From the NCBI GenBank assembly GCA_020860755.1, contig JAJBTQ010000027.1:7489-71488 (forward strand): DNA of 64,000 nucleotides, read 5' to 3'. The position numbers were made by a program, and so were the translations under genes. The DNA comes from Lachnospiraceae bacterium (GTDB taxonomy: Bacteria > Bacillota > Clostridia > Lachnospirales > Lachnospiraceae). Below, one piece after another: positions 1-10,253 of this stretch (position 1 is its first letter; every line of letters begins with the position of its first letter). The notes below the pieces were generated by a model. It had not been told where the DNA came from, did not search any database, and worked only from the letters and a program-made list of their open reading frames with translations.

Positions 1-597
1 CAGGCCGTTCTGGTGTGCCGTGGTGTGGTCGAAGAGCCGTTCTTAGTTATCAATGCAGATGACTATTACGGAAAGGAAGCCTTTGTTAAGATCTTTGCAT
101 TTCTAACGGAGCACGCCTCGGATCACTTCTGCTATTGTATGGCCGGATTTGTGTTAAAAAACACATTGAGTGAAAACGGCGGCGTGACCCGCGGAGTCTG
201 CAAGGTTGACGAGGATCATTTTTTAACAGACATCGTGGAGACAGCAAAGATCGTAAAGTGTCCGGAAGGGGCGCACTCGGAGGACACCGGAGAGTGGATC
301 GATCCGAATTCTTTTGTCTCGATGAACATGTGGGGACTGACTCCGGAGTTTCTGGACCTGCTGGGAGATGGGTTTGCCCAATTTTTGTCCAATTTAAAAC
401 CGGAGGATCAAAAAAAGGCAGAGTATCTGCTTCCGAACATTATCGGCGGTCTTTTAAAAGAGGGCAAGGCAAAAGTGGCATGCCTTGAGACCGATGACAA
501 GTGGTTTGGAGTCACGTATGCCGAGGATCGGCAGAGTGTGCAGGAAGCCTTTGCAGAGCTTGTAAAAAAAGGGGTATACACCTCTCCGCTCACCTGA
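1..597 (+). CDS. Sugar-phosphate nucleotidyltransferase (NTP_transferase family), 5'-truncated by window edge
   Basis: PFLVINADDYYG, SENGGVTRGVC, SMNMWG, WFGVTY motifs; frame is open to position 1; paralogue of 4800-5720. Confidence 0.85.
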   Translation, partial: QAVLVCRGVVEEPFLVINADDYYGKEAFVKIFAFLTEHASDHFCYCMAGFVLKNTLSENGGVTRGVCKVDEDHFLTDIVETAKIVKCPEGAHSEDTGEWIDPNSFVSMNMWGLTPEFLDLLGDGFAQFLSNLKPEDQKKAEYLLPNIIGGLLKEGKAKVACLETDDKWFGVTYAEDRQSVQEAFAELVKKGVYTSPLT

Positions 598-753
598 ATT
601 TGACATTCACGGGCAAAGTTTAGGTTGTCATTTTTCAAGGATTGTAGTACGATATTTTATGGTACAAGGGGATGACAAGTCGTAAAACGTATGCTTGCAT
701 CCGCTTTGTACGTATACCTGACATTCCAAAAAGAAGAGGAAGTTAGCAAAAAT

Positions 754-1947
754 ATGCTCAGACGACGAAAAAGAAAACTGATACTGTTTATTGTAGAATT
801 AGCAGTCCTGGCCGTCGTGATCGTGCTCCTGATTTTCTATCAGAAGTTGAATCGGGTTAATATCCAATCAGTAGATGGAAGCAAGATTGCTGTTAACGAT
901 ATAGATGAGGACACACTTATTGAATTCACCGGATATGAGACCATCGCTGTCTTCGGGTTGGATAACCGTGAGACCGGGAATTATGACTGGGGCAACAGCG
1001 ATGTGATCATGATCATAAACATTAATAATGATACCAACGAGATCAAAATGATCTCCGTCTATCGGGATACCTTCCTCAACATTGCTGCAGCGGGAGAGGC
1101 CGCGAATTATCAGAAGGCGAACGCCGCCTTTGCTTACGGCGGTGTCTCTCAGGGCATTAATATGCTGAACCAGAATCTGGATCTGGCGATTGACAATTAT
1201 CTGTGCGTTGACTTTAAGGCGGTCGCAGAGGCGATCAACATTCTGGGTGGTGTGGATATCGATATCGACAGCGAGTATGAGCTGAATTACTTAAATGATT
1301 ATATTTTAGCGACCAACGACATTCTGGGGACGAATTCTCCGACGCTGACTTCCACAGGTTTGCAGACTCTGGATGGTACGCAGGCTGTGGCCTACACCAG
1401 GATCCGTTATACATCGGGTGGTGACTACAAGCGCGCGTATCGACAGCGTGTAGTCCTGTCAGAGATGATGTCAAAAGCCAAGGACGCGAACCTAAGCCAG
1501 TTGACGGAGCTGCTTGATGCGATCCTGCCGGATATTTCCACAGATTTAAGTCAGAAGGAGCTGCTGTCCATGGCGATGACCATGTTAAGCTATGACATCA
1601 GTGATTCTCAGGGCTTCCCGTTTGAACGGACGGATATGACCTTAGATCCGGTCGGCAGTATCGTGGTTCCCTGTGACTTGGAGACCAATGTGATTGAGCT
1701 TCACAGTCTCCTGTTTGGAGCAGAAGATTATCAGCCGTCCCCTCAGGTGGTGGCAGCCAGCGAATACATTGTTGAACGCACCGGGATGACAGTCGGGGAC
1801 GAGTATGTCGATCAGTTCTCCTATTCAGACGACGCTGAGTATGGTGATGATGTATATGTGTACGGGGATAGCAGCGACGATGAAGACGAAGACGAGTACA
1901 ATGCCGACGAGGGAGAGTTTGGCGGTTACGAAGACACTTACGAATAG
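754..1947 (+). CDS. LCP (LytR-CpsA-Psr) family cell-wall glycopolymer ligase with acidic C-terminal tail
   Basis: Basic N-terminus plus one TM helix; FGLDNR, NSDVIMI, ISVYRDT, YTRIRY...DYKRAYRQR motifs; start ATG 754 chosen (ORF track starts 691). Confidence 0.9.
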   Translation: MLRRRKRKLILFIVELAVLAVVIVLLIFYQKLNRVNIQSVDGSKIAVNDIDEDTLIEFTGYETIAVFGLDNRETGNYDWGNSDVIMIININNDTNEIKMISVYRDTFLNIAAAGEAANYQKANAAFAYGGVSQGINMLNQNLDLAIDNYLCVDFKAVAEAINILGGVDIDIDSEYELNYLNDYILATNDILGTNSPTLTSTGLQTLDGTQAVAYTRIRYTSGGDYKRAYRQRVVLSEMMSKAKDANLSQLTELLDAILPDISTDLSQKELLSMAMTMLSYDISDSQGFPFERTDMTLDPVGSIVVPCDLETNVIELHSLLFGAEDYQPSPQVVAASEYIVERTGMTVGDEYVDQFSYSDDAEYGDDVYVYGDSSDDEDEDEYNADEGEFGGYEDTYE

Positions 1948-1980
1948 TCCTGTTAATTCTTGGAAGCAGGGAAGATAGTC

Positions 1981-2913
1981 ATGAAAAATAATCGAATCGC
2001 GATCGCGCTGGGGCATAATGCTCTGGGGACGACGCTTCCGGAACAGAAGAAAGCCGCAAAGGAAGCCGCAAAGGCCATCGTGGACTTTGTACAGGACGAC
2101 TGTGAGATCGTGATTACGCACAGCAACGGCCCGCAGGTCGGTGTGATCCATGCGGCCATGTCTGAATTCCATAAATTATACAAGAACTACACCGCGACAC
2201 CTATGTCAGTCTGTTCCGCCATGAGCCAGGGATACATCGGGTATGACCTGCAGCAGGCGATCAGGTCCGAGCTTATGAGCCGCGGTATCTTTCGCACGGT
2301 GGCCACGATCTTGACTCAGGTCACTGTGGATCCGTATGACGACGCGTTTTATCAGCCGACAAAGATCATCGGCCGCGTTATGACGGCTGAGGAAGCCGAG
2401 GAGGAAGAGCAAAAAGGTCACACCTTAACGGAAGTCGAGGGTGGCTATCGCCGGATCGTTGCGGCCCCCACACCTATTGAGATCGTGGAGCTCGATGCCG
2501 TCAAAGCGCTGCTTAACGCAAATGAGATCGTGATCGCAGCGGGAGGAGGCGGTATTCCCGTTCTTCAGCAGGGAACCCGGCTGCAGGGAGCCAGCGCAGT
2601 GATCGAGAAGGATCTTGTCGCAGGGCTTTTGGCTGACGGGGTAAATGCGGATCAGCTGATCATCTTAACGGATGTAGAATGCGTATATAAGGATTTCAGG
2701 ACAGACAAGCAGGAGCCGATCTATATGATGACCTGCGCCCAGGCGCAGCAGTATCTGGATGCCGGGGAGTTTGGCATGGGTAATATGGAGCCCAAGATCC
2801 AGACTGCGATCAGGTTTGTTGGAGATTCCGAGACCCGGTCTGTTCTGATCACAACGCTGGAAAAGATCAGGGAAGCAACCCTTGGACAAACGGGCACTGT
2901 GATCAAAAATTGA
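1981..2913 (+). CDS. arcC: Carbamate kinase
   Basis: IALGHNAL, THSNGPQVG, SQGYIGY, AGGGGIPV, AVIEKD, GNMEPK motifs. Confidence 0.9.
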   Translation: MKNNRIAIALGHNALGTTLPEQKKAAKEAAKAIVDFVQDDCEIVITHSNGPQVGVIHAAMSEFHKLYKNYTATPMSVCSAMSQGYIGYDLQQAIRSELMSRGIFRTVATILTQVTVDPYDDAFYQPTKIIGRVMTAEEAEEEEQKGHTLTEVEGGYRRIVAAPTPIEIVELDAVKALLNANEIVIAAGGGGIPVLQQGTRLQGASAVIEKDLVAGLLADGVNADQLIILTDVECVYKDFRTDKQEPIYMMTCAQAQQYLDAGEFGMGNMEPKIQTAIRFVGDSETRSVLITTLEKIREATLGQTGTVIKN

Positions 2914-2919
2914 GTTTGC

Positions 2920-2956
2920 AAAAGGGCGATACTTTCCGGTAGAGCCCTTTTCTTTT
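2920..2956 (+). terminator. Intrinsic terminator after arcC
   Basis: AAAAGGGC...GCCCTTTT stem followed by T-rich tail. Confidence 0.6.
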
Positions 2957-3023
2957 GCGCATATCGCCGGGGGACTTATAAAGCGATATGACATTGGGCA
3001 TAAATAAGAGGAGGGTATTTGAT

Positions 3024-4772
3024 ATGGACTACATCAGAAAGACAAAGATCATTTGCACGCTGGGCCCGGCGACGGATGAGGGAGATGTGCTGCGCAATCT
3101 GATAAAAGAAGGGATGAATGTAGCACGTTTTAATTTCTCTCATGGGACACATGATGAGACAAAGGCCAGACTGGACAAATTAAAAGAGCTGCGCGAGGAG
3201 ATGAATCTGCCGATCGCTGCCATGTTGGACACGAAGGGGCCTGAGATCCGGATAAAGACATTTAAGGACGGCAAAGTCACCTTAAAAGACGGGCAGCAGT
3301 TTACACTGACTACCGGAGACGAGCCCGGGGATAAGAGCCGGGTGGCGATCACGTTTGATGATCTCTATCAGGATGTCTCGGTCGGGAGCAGGATTCTTAT
3401 CGACGACGGGCTCATCGAGATGAGTGTCGTGCAAATAGACGGGAGCGATATTGTCTGTAAGGTGGACAACGGGGGGACGATCTCCGACAGAAAGGGCGTC
3501 AATGTGCCAAACGTGGAACTCAGCCTTCCCTACGTCAGCCGGAAGGACTACGATGACATCATATTCGGGATCGAGCAGGGATTTGACTTTATCGCGGCTT
3601 CATTTACCCGGACCGCGGACGACATCCGTGAAATCAAAAATATCCTCGAAGAGAACGGCGGGGAAAAGATACGGGTCATCGCGAAGATCGAGAACAGACA
3701 GGGAGTGAACAACATCGATGAGATCCTTCGCATCAGCGACGGAGTTATGGTGGCCCGCGGAGATCTGGGCGTGGAGATCCCGTTTGAGGATGTCCCCGTT
3801 GTTCAGAAACTGCTCATCAGCAAAGCTTATAATACCGGGAAACAGGCGGTGACGGCCACCCAGATGCTGGACTCCATGATAGAGAGACCCCGGCCGACCC
3901 GTGCTGAGGCTGCTGACGTGGCAAACGCGATATACGACGGGACGAGCGCGGTTATGCTCTCCGGCGAGACGGCAGCCGGGAAATATCCCGTTGAAGCGGT
4001 AAAGACCATGGTGAAGATCGCAGTGGAGACAGAGCAGAATATCGATTACGCGGAGCGTATGCGGCAACGTGAGGTAATGTCTAATCCGGATATCACAAAC
4101 GCCATCGCGCATGCGACCTGCACGACGGCGGACGACTTAAACGCTTCTGCCATTATCACGGTAACAAATTCCGGCCTTACCTGCTACATGGTCTCCAAGT
4201 TCCGCCCGACCAGCCCGATCATTGGCTGTTCGGTCTATCCGGAGACCTGCAGACTTTTAAGCCTGGCCTGGGGAGTCATACCGGTACTCGTGGATATGAA
4301 GGACAATTCAGATGAGCTGTTTGACCATGCGGTCGAGCGTGCGAAGGAAGCGGGATTGGTGAAGGACGGCCAGATCGTAGTCATCACAGCGGGGGTGCCG
4401 CTCGGCATTTCCGGGACCACCAACATGATCAAGGTTCATGTGGCGGGGAATATTCTCGTCTCCGGCAAGGGAGTGGATGACCGCAAAGCGAGCGGAAATG
4501 TCTGTGTGGCGAATACTGCGGAGGAACTGAGGGAGCGTTTCAAAGCGGGGGATATCATTGTCATGGAAGATACCTCCAACGAAATGATGCCGCAGATCCG
4601 CATGGCCTCCGGCCTGATCCTCGAGGCGGACGGAGACAACAGTCACGGTGCCATCGCGGGACTCTCCTTAAACATTCCGGTGATCACGGATGCCGAACAT
4701 GCCACGGAGATCTTGAAGACCGGTTCCTACGTCCAGATGGATGCGAAGACCGGTCTGGTAAGTACAAAATAA
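3024..4772 (+). CDS. pyk: Pyruvate kinase with C-terminal PEP-utiliser mobile domain
   Basis: RKTKIICTLGPA, ARFNFSHG, DTKGPEIR, IAKIEN, MVARGDLG, TATQMLDSM; C-terminal SHGAI; RBS GAGGAGG. Confidence 0.97.
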   Translation: MDYIRKTKIICTLGPATDEGDVLRNLIKEGMNVARFNFSHGTHDETKARLDKLKELREEMNLPIAAMLDTKGPEIRIKTFKDGKVTLKDGQQFTLTTGDEPGDKSRVAITFDDLYQDVSVGSRILIDDGLIEMSVVQIDGSDIVCKVDNGGTISDRKGVNVPNVELSLPYVSRKDYDDIIFGIEQGFDFIAASFTRTADDIREIKNILEENGGEKIRVIAKIENRQGVNNIDEILRISDGVMVARGDLGVEIPFEDVPVVQKLLISKAYNTGKQAVTATQMLDSMIERPRPTRAEAADVANAIYDGTSAVMLSGETAAGKYPVEAVKTMVKIAVETEQNIDYAERMRQREVMSNPDITNAIAHATCTTADDLNASAIITVTNSGLTCYMVSKFRPTSPIIGCSVYPETCRLLSLAWGVIPVLVDMKDNSDELFDHAVERAKEAGLVKDGQIVVITAGVPLGISGTTNMIKVHVAGNILVSGKGVDDRKASGNVCVANTAEELRERFKAGDIIVMEDTSNEMMPQIRMASGLILEADGDNSHGAIAGLSLNIPVITDAEHATEILKTGSYVQMDAKTGLVSTK

Positions 4773-4799
4773 ATTTGAGATCTAAAAAATACGAGTATT

Positions 4800-5720
4800 T
4801 TAGCTCCAGAGCGGAGCGGGATAGATACCGGAGGTTGTCATTGCCTGGAGGGCACGGACGATCTCCGGTTTGTCGTTCCGGTAAGTGACACCGTACCACT
4901 TGTCCGGACAGGAGAGGATCTCAATTGTCGCCCTGCCGTTATGGAGCAGCTTTTCCACAACGGAGGGGAGGAAATATTCGCTCCGGATCGGATCTGAGGC
5001 AAGCGCCTCATCCAGAAAAGCCGGGAAGCCTGCCCAGGCCTCTCTTATAAAGCTCTCGGTAAATCCCCAGAAGTTCATGGAGACGGGCGTATCTCCGCTC
5101 ACATCTGTCCATGTTGCCCCTCCATCTTCCGTGTAGTGGATTCCTTTTTCGTAGGTTTCGATCTGAGTGCGCTCGATGACGCTGATGAGATGGCCATTTT
5201 CATCGGCCGTGCAGAGCCCGCGGGCAACGGATCCGTTTGCCGTCACCGTATTCTTTAAGAGATACCCCACCATGCTGTAGCGATATTGCTCGTCATCCGT
5301 GTGGGAGGTGAGATAATCGTAGATCAGCTGAAACCCGTGAGTGCCGTAGTAGTCGTCTGCGTTGATAACGGCAAAGGGCGCATCGATAAGCTTGCGGGCC
5401 GCCAGGACGGCATGGCAGGTCCCCCAGGGCTTTTCGCGGCCCGCCGGGACCGAATATCCCTCCGGCAGATCCTCAAGGTCCTGAAAAGCATACTCTACTG
5501 ACAGTTGGTGCGCGGCGTGATCTCCGATCTTTTTCCGAAATTCCTCCTCGATGGAGTGTTTGATCACAAAGATCACGCGCTCAAATCCGGCGCGCTTCGC
5601 GTCATAGAGAGAATAGTCCATGATGACTTCCCCGTGCGGTCCGACGGGATCGATCTGTTTTAATCCGCCGTAACGGCTGCCCATACCGGCGGCCATGACG
5701 ACCAGAATCGGCTTTTTCAT
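4800..5720 (-). CDS. Sugar-phosphate nucleotidyltransferase (NTP_transferase family)
   Basis: MAAGMGSRYGGLKQ, REKPWGT, INADDYYG, WYGVTY motifs. Confidence 0.9.
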   Translation of the reverse strand: MKKPILVVMAAGMGSRYGGLKQIDPVGPHGEVIMDYSLYDAKRAGFERVIFVIKHSIEEEFRKKIGDHAAHQLSVEYAFQDLEDLPEGYSVPAGREKPWGTCHAVLAARKLIDAPFAVINADDYYGTHGFQLIYDYLTSHTDDEQYRYSMVGYLLKNTVTANGSVARGLCTADENGHLISVIERTQIETYEKGIHYTEDGGATWTDVSGDTPVSMNFWGFTESFIREAWAGFPAFLDEALASDPIRSEYFLPSVVEKLLHNGRATIEILSCPDKWYGVTYRNDKPEIVRALQAMTTSGIYPAPLWS

Positions 5721-5729
5721 CAGATCTCC

Positions 5730-7874
5730 TTATTGCACATCGTCCTCTCCAAATAGGATGCCGTAGTAATCATATTTTGGCACTGCGCCGGAGAAAGCGA
5801 CTTTGTTTGCGACAATAGTCTTTATGTTTTCCAGGTATTCGTCCGTTATCTCCTCGTCGGTCGTCGGCAGGAATACGCCGGTGTCGGCGTTGTACCAGCC
5901 TTTTTCCGTCAGGAAGCTGTGGTCCGCCCACTCGACTAAGGGAAGCTCGTCTGAGAAGACATCACGGCCGACCAGCAGACGGGAGTCATATTCCAGACCG
6001 AACAGGTTTGAGATCGTGGGCAGGATATCCACCGAGCTGGTGGGGGTGTCGACCTCCAGTCCCATGCCTTCAATGCTCTCGGACCAGATGATCAGGGAAG
6101 TTCTGTCCCGAACATAGCCGTCGTAAGAGTCCACTTTGTACAAATCCAGCAGATAGTCCTCCGAATTACCGAAGGTGCTGCTCTCGCCCAGACCGTAAGG
6201 GAAGTGATCCGGACAGACTACGATGACGGTGTCATCCGCGATTCCGGCCTCTTCCAGGATCTCTACCATTGACTCCAGAGCATACTCCAATTCCAGCTGA
6301 TAGCAGAAATAGTACAGGGTCTTGTCCTCATACTCGTCGCCCAGCACTTCCTTTACCCGCGGCAGATTTTTTTCTACTTTCGAATCGTCCGCGTCGTAGG
6401 TACAGTGTCCGCTGAACGTCATATAATAGGCGTTAAACGGCTGCTTGTCTATGTAAGTCGGCATGGTCGCCTCAAACGTGGCCTCGTCCTCGGACCACTC
6501 TTCCAGCAGATCTTCCAAGCCATTGCCCCATCCGAGATACGAGTCGTAGCCCAGATTCAGGTGTGTCTGATCCCGGTCATAGTAGTCGTAGAACCCGTTG
6601 TGGAAGGACACGGAGGTATAACCGAGACGCTGAAGCTGATTGCCGGTTGTAAAGTACATATTGTCCCCGATGGTATCCAGCATGGTATCTACACTGTCGG
6701 TCGGGACAAGCCCCGTCAGAACAGAGTATTCCCCCGTCGTCGTGCTGCCGCCCCAGGCGGGCTGATAAAAGTCGGTGAAGTTGATCCCCTCGGTGGACAT
6801 GCGGTAGAGCATAGGGGTCAGCTCCTCATTGATGACCTGCATGGAGAAGGCTTCCGCCACGATCGTGATCAGATTTTTCCCCTCGAACAGGCCGGTGTAT
6901 TCGTTTTTGGCCGACGGCTCCAGGCTGTTGACGTACTCGTGGATCTCCTTTATGGACGGATCGCTCGTCTCCGCAATCAGTTCGTCGAAATCGATATCCA
7001 TGACGTTGTAGCCGTACAGGTCACCGTTCGCTGTTGTTTCCGCAGCATCGGCCTCCGTTTCGGCCGGTTCTTCCAGCTCATTTTCTTCCGTTGTCTGCGG
7101 CGTGACGACAAACGATTCAGCCGCTTTGTTGCCAAATGTAGAGTACCTTAGGTTCAGACGCGTACTTGTGGCCAGGCCGAACGTTCGCGTCGCAGTGTCA
7201 AACTCAAATTTGCCGGTATACTTATCTCTGGTGTTAGGCATATGGGCGGCAAAGAGGGTACCGAACCCCCACAGCAGAAGAAATACGGCAAACATCATGA
7301 TCCCGAAGAGAGGACGGTATTGCTCCGCCGGCATCTGTTGTCTCGCGCGGATCAGATACAGGATCAGCGGAATGTAGTACACGATGATGACGGGGATGGC
7401 TCCGAGCACTCCGTGTCTTACATCGCTGCCGAACCCTCCCACGGCATGACCTGCCTCGGTCGTGATGGATGAGAGAGTCATAAATACCTGATACGTGTTC
7501 CGAAGCACTGCCTCCAGCCCGTAGTAAAACGGGACCACGAGAAGGGCGATGATCGAGATCCACCAGTTGACTCTCTTTCGGAACAGAGAGGTAACGCCGC
7601 TTAAGAGGAAGCCGAACGAAAGACCAAAAACGATCGGATAAAACAGATTCTGGAAAAACGGGGTCTTCGTGAACAGCCGCAGAATGATCTCATAATAGAC
7701 GATGACGACCGGGAAGAAGCAAAAATGAGGAATCTTTACGTGCAGCAGCCGATCGACAGTCCCGCCCTCCGGGATCGAATCCGCGATCCAGTTAAACAGC
7801 GCGACAAAAAAGCGGCCGATATCAACGAAAACAATTCGAATGTAACGAACAATCGCTGCCAAAACGTTCATCAA
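5730..7874 (-). CDS. LTA synthase family protein (multi-TM plus sulfatase/alkaline-phosphatase fold), copy 2
   Basis: About 5 N-terminal TM helices; GKNLITIVAEAFS, GGSTTTGEY (candidate catalytic Thr), SGH, PDHFPY, DILPTISNLFG, LLVGRDVFS. Confidence 0.88.
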   Translation of the reverse strand: MMNVLAAIVRYIRIVFVDIGRFFVALFNWIADSIPEGGTVDRLLHVKIPHFCFFPVVIVYYEIILRLFTKTPFFQNLFYPIVFGLSFGFLLSGVTSLFRKRVNWWISIIALLVVPFYYGLEAVLRNTYQVFMTLSSITTEAGHAVGGFGSDVRHGVLGAIPVIIVYYIPLILYLIRARQQMPAEQYRPLFGIMMFAVFLLLWGFGTLFAAHMPNTRDKYTGKFEFDTATRTFGLATSTRLNLRYSTFGNKAAESFVVTPQTTEENELEEPAETEADAAETTANGDLYGYNVMDIDFDELIAETSDPSIKEIHEYVNSLEPSAKNEYTGLFEGKNLITIVAEAFSMQVINEELTPMLYRMSTEGINFTDFYQPAWGGSTTTGEYSVLTGLVPTDSVDTMLDTIGDNMYFTTGNQLQRLGYTSVSFHNGFYDYYDRDQTHLNLGYDSYLGWGNGLEDLLEEWSEDEATFEATMPTYIDKQPFNAYYMTFSGHCTYDADDSKVEKNLPRVKEVLGDEYEDKTLYYFCYQLELEYALESMVEILEEAGIADDTVIVVCPDHFPYGLGESSTFGNSEDYLLDLYKVDSYDGYVRDRTSLIIWSESIEGMGLEVDTPTSSVDILPTISNLFGLEYDSRLLVGRDVFSDELPLVEWADHSFLTEKGWYNADTGVFLPTTDEEITDEYLENIKTIVANKVAFSGAVPKYDYYGILFGEDDVQ

Positions 7875-7887
7875 AGTATCCTCTTAA

Positions 7888-10059
7888 CTATTTTACATCG
7901 TCTTCCCCGAACAGGATTCCATAATAATCATACCTTGGAACCGCGCTGGAAAACGCGATCCGGTTTGAGACAAGGGTCTTGATCTCATCTATATATTCAT
8001 CTGTCACTTCTTCATCTGTGGTCGGCAAAAATTCACCCGTGGCTGCGTTGTACCAGCCCTTTTCCGTCAGAAAACTCTGGTCTGCCCACTCGACTAAAGG
8101 CATTGCATCCGAGAAGACGTCGCGTCCGACCAGCAGACGGGAGTCGTATTCCAGGCCGAACAGGTTCGAGATCGTGGGCAGGATGTCCAGAGAGGAGACG
8201 GGAGTGTCCACTTCAAGCCCCATATCCTCAATGCACTCAGACCATATGATCAGGCATGTGTTGTCCCGGACAAAGCCGTCATAGGAATCTACTTTATACA
8301 GATCCAGCAGGTAGTCCTCCGAGTTGCCGAATGTGCTGCTCTTGCCCAGACCGTAGGGGTAATGATCCGGGCAGATAACGATGACGGTGTCATCGGCGAT
8401 CCCGGCTTCCTCAAGCATTTCGATCATGGTCGTCAAGGCTTTTTCCAGCTCCATCTGGTAGCAGAAATAGTACAGGGTGGTATCCTTGTAGGTGTCCTCT
8501 CCGAGCACCTCTTTAACGTGGTCTATGTTTTCTGTCACCTTTGGATCATCCGCGTCATAGGTGCAATGTCCGCTGTAGGACATGTAGTAGGCGTTGAACG
8601 GCTGTTCATCTATGTAGGTCGGGAGCGTTGCCTCAACTGTGGCCTCGTCACCGGACCAGTGGGTCAGAAGGTCTTCCAGACCATTGCCCCAGCCCAGGAA
8701 CGAGTCGTAACCCAGATTCGGGTGTGTCTGGTCACGGTCGTAATATTTATAGTATCCGTTGTGGAACGCAACGGAAGTGTAGCCAAGACGCTGGAACTGA
8801 TTGCCGGTCGTAAAGTACATGTTGTCTCCGATGGTATCCAACATGGAATCCACGTTGTTGGTCGGAACAAGTCCCAGCAGAACAGAGTACTCTCCGGTTG
8901 TCGTGCTGCCGCCCCAGGCCGGCTGATAGAAGTTGGTAAATTGAATCCCCTTTGTGGCCATACGGTACAGCGTGGGGGTCAGCTCTTCGTTGATCACCTG
9001 ACCGGAGAGCGCCTCTGCCGTGATCGTGATCAGGTTCTTGCCCTCAAATAAGCCGGTGTATTCGTTTTTGTTCGACGGCTCCAGACTGTTGACGTATTCG
9101 TGAATGCTCTTTATGGCCTCGTCGTCCGTCTCCTCGATCAGCGCATCGAAGTCGATATCCATGACGTTGTATCCATAATCGACGGCCGCCTCTTCCTCCT
9201 CCTCAATGGCTTCAGCTTCGTCCGGATCCGCCGCTTCTTCTTCGGCAGTGGTTTCCAGAGTAAAGGATTCTTTGGCCGGATTACCGGAAAGAGCATACTG
9301 AAAATCTAACGATGTCCCCTCAGTGATCCCGAACGTACAGATCGCGGAATCAAACGAGTACTCTGCCGCGAATTTCCCGGAGACGGCGGGAAGATTTAAA
9401 GCCAACAGGACGCCGAGCCCCCAGAGCCCGAGCCAGCACCCGAGTGCCGACACCGTGATCTGCGGAGAAAAGCCTCTGGCCGGCTTGTACCATCTCCGAA
9501 ACACAAAGCGCAGGATAAACGGAATGTAGTAGACAATGATAAGCGGAATTGCCCCTATAAGGCCGTTTACTACATCGCCCCCGTAATTTCCCGTGACGTT
9601 GCTGAACTCGCCAATGATAGATGACAGGTTCATGTAGACCTGATAGGTATTGCGCAGCACAACCTCCAGACCAAAGTAAAAGGCGAGGATCGCCATGAGG
9701 ATGTTGGTCATGCGGAAGCGGAACATCGGGCCGAGCAGAGATAAAATTGCACTCAAAAAGAACCCCAGTGATGCTGCAAACAGCACGGGGAAAAGCAAGT
9801 GAGGGAAGAGCGGGGTTTTTGTAAACAGACGGGCCAGAATCTCATAGTAGATCAAAACCAGCGGGAAAAGCAGATAGCTGAAAAACTTCTGCGGTCCCGG
9901 CGGATTAAAGAGTCCGGACAATTTTTCAAATCTGTGGTTCACAGGCTCCTGGTCGACTTGCTCTTCGGATATTTCCTCTTCGGATACTACTTCCTCAGAT
10001 GTTTTTTCTTCCGATGTCTCCACATCAGATCTGTCTTTGGAAGGACCAAAATCACTCAT
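7888..10059 (-). CDS. LTA synthase family protein, copy 1
   Basis: Same motifs as 5730-7874 with a near-identical catalytic domain; ATG 10059 follows AAGGAAG RBS. Confidence 0.88.
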   Translation of the reverse strand: MSDFGPSKDRSDVETSEEKTSEEVVSEEEISEEQVDQEPVNHRFEKLSGLFNPPGPQKFFSYLLFPLVLIYYEILARLFTKTPLFPHLLFPVLFAASLGFFLSAILSLLGPMFRFRMTNILMAILAFYFGLEVVLRNTYQVYMNLSSIIGEFSNVTGNYGGDVVNGLIGAIPLIIVYYIPFILRFVFRRWYKPARGFSPQITVSALGCWLGLWGLGVLLALNLPAVSGKFAAEYSFDSAICTFGITEGTSLDFQYALSGNPAKESFTLETTAEEEAADPDEAEAIEEEEEAAVDYGYNVMDIDFDALIEETDDEAIKSIHEYVNSLEPSNKNEYTGLFEGKNLITITAEALSGQVINEELTPTLYRMATKGIQFTNFYQPAWGGSTTTGEYSVLLGLVPTNNVDSMLDTIGDNMYFTTGNQFQRLGYTSVAFHNGYYKYYDRDQTHPNLGYDSFLGWGNGLEDLLTHWSGDEATVEATLPTYIDEQPFNAYYMSYSGHCTYDADDPKVTENIDHVKEVLGEDTYKDTTLYYFCYQMELEKALTTMIEMLEEAGIADDTVIVICPDHYPYGLGKSSTFGNSEDYLLDLYKVDSYDGFVRDNTCLIIWSECIEDMGLEVDTPVSSLDILPTISNLFGLEYDSRLLVGRDVFSDAMPLVEWADQSFLTEKGWYNAATGEFLPTTDEEVTDEYIDEIKTLVSNRIAFSSAVPRYDYYGILFGEDDVK

Positions 10060-10253
10060 GGATACTTCCTTCTTTTGATGGATTTTGAGTGATGCTCCCG
10101 GGAGCAATCATCCAGTAAATATGATAATACACTTTCCCATGATTTACAAGAAACAAACCCTAAAATATGTATCATATCTTAGACGAATTCTGTTATAATA
10201 GAGCCAATAGAACAAGTTTCGTTTATGCTTAGTTTACAAAGGGGGATCCTGAC

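Noticed and set aside
1981-2913. arcC as evidence of an arginine deiminase operon
   Set aside because: No arcA, arcB or arcD in the window; orphan carbamate kinases are common
4430-4772. Extra C-terminal domain on pyruvate kinase as a novel fusion
   Set aside because: Known PEP-utiliser extension of Firmicutes Pyk
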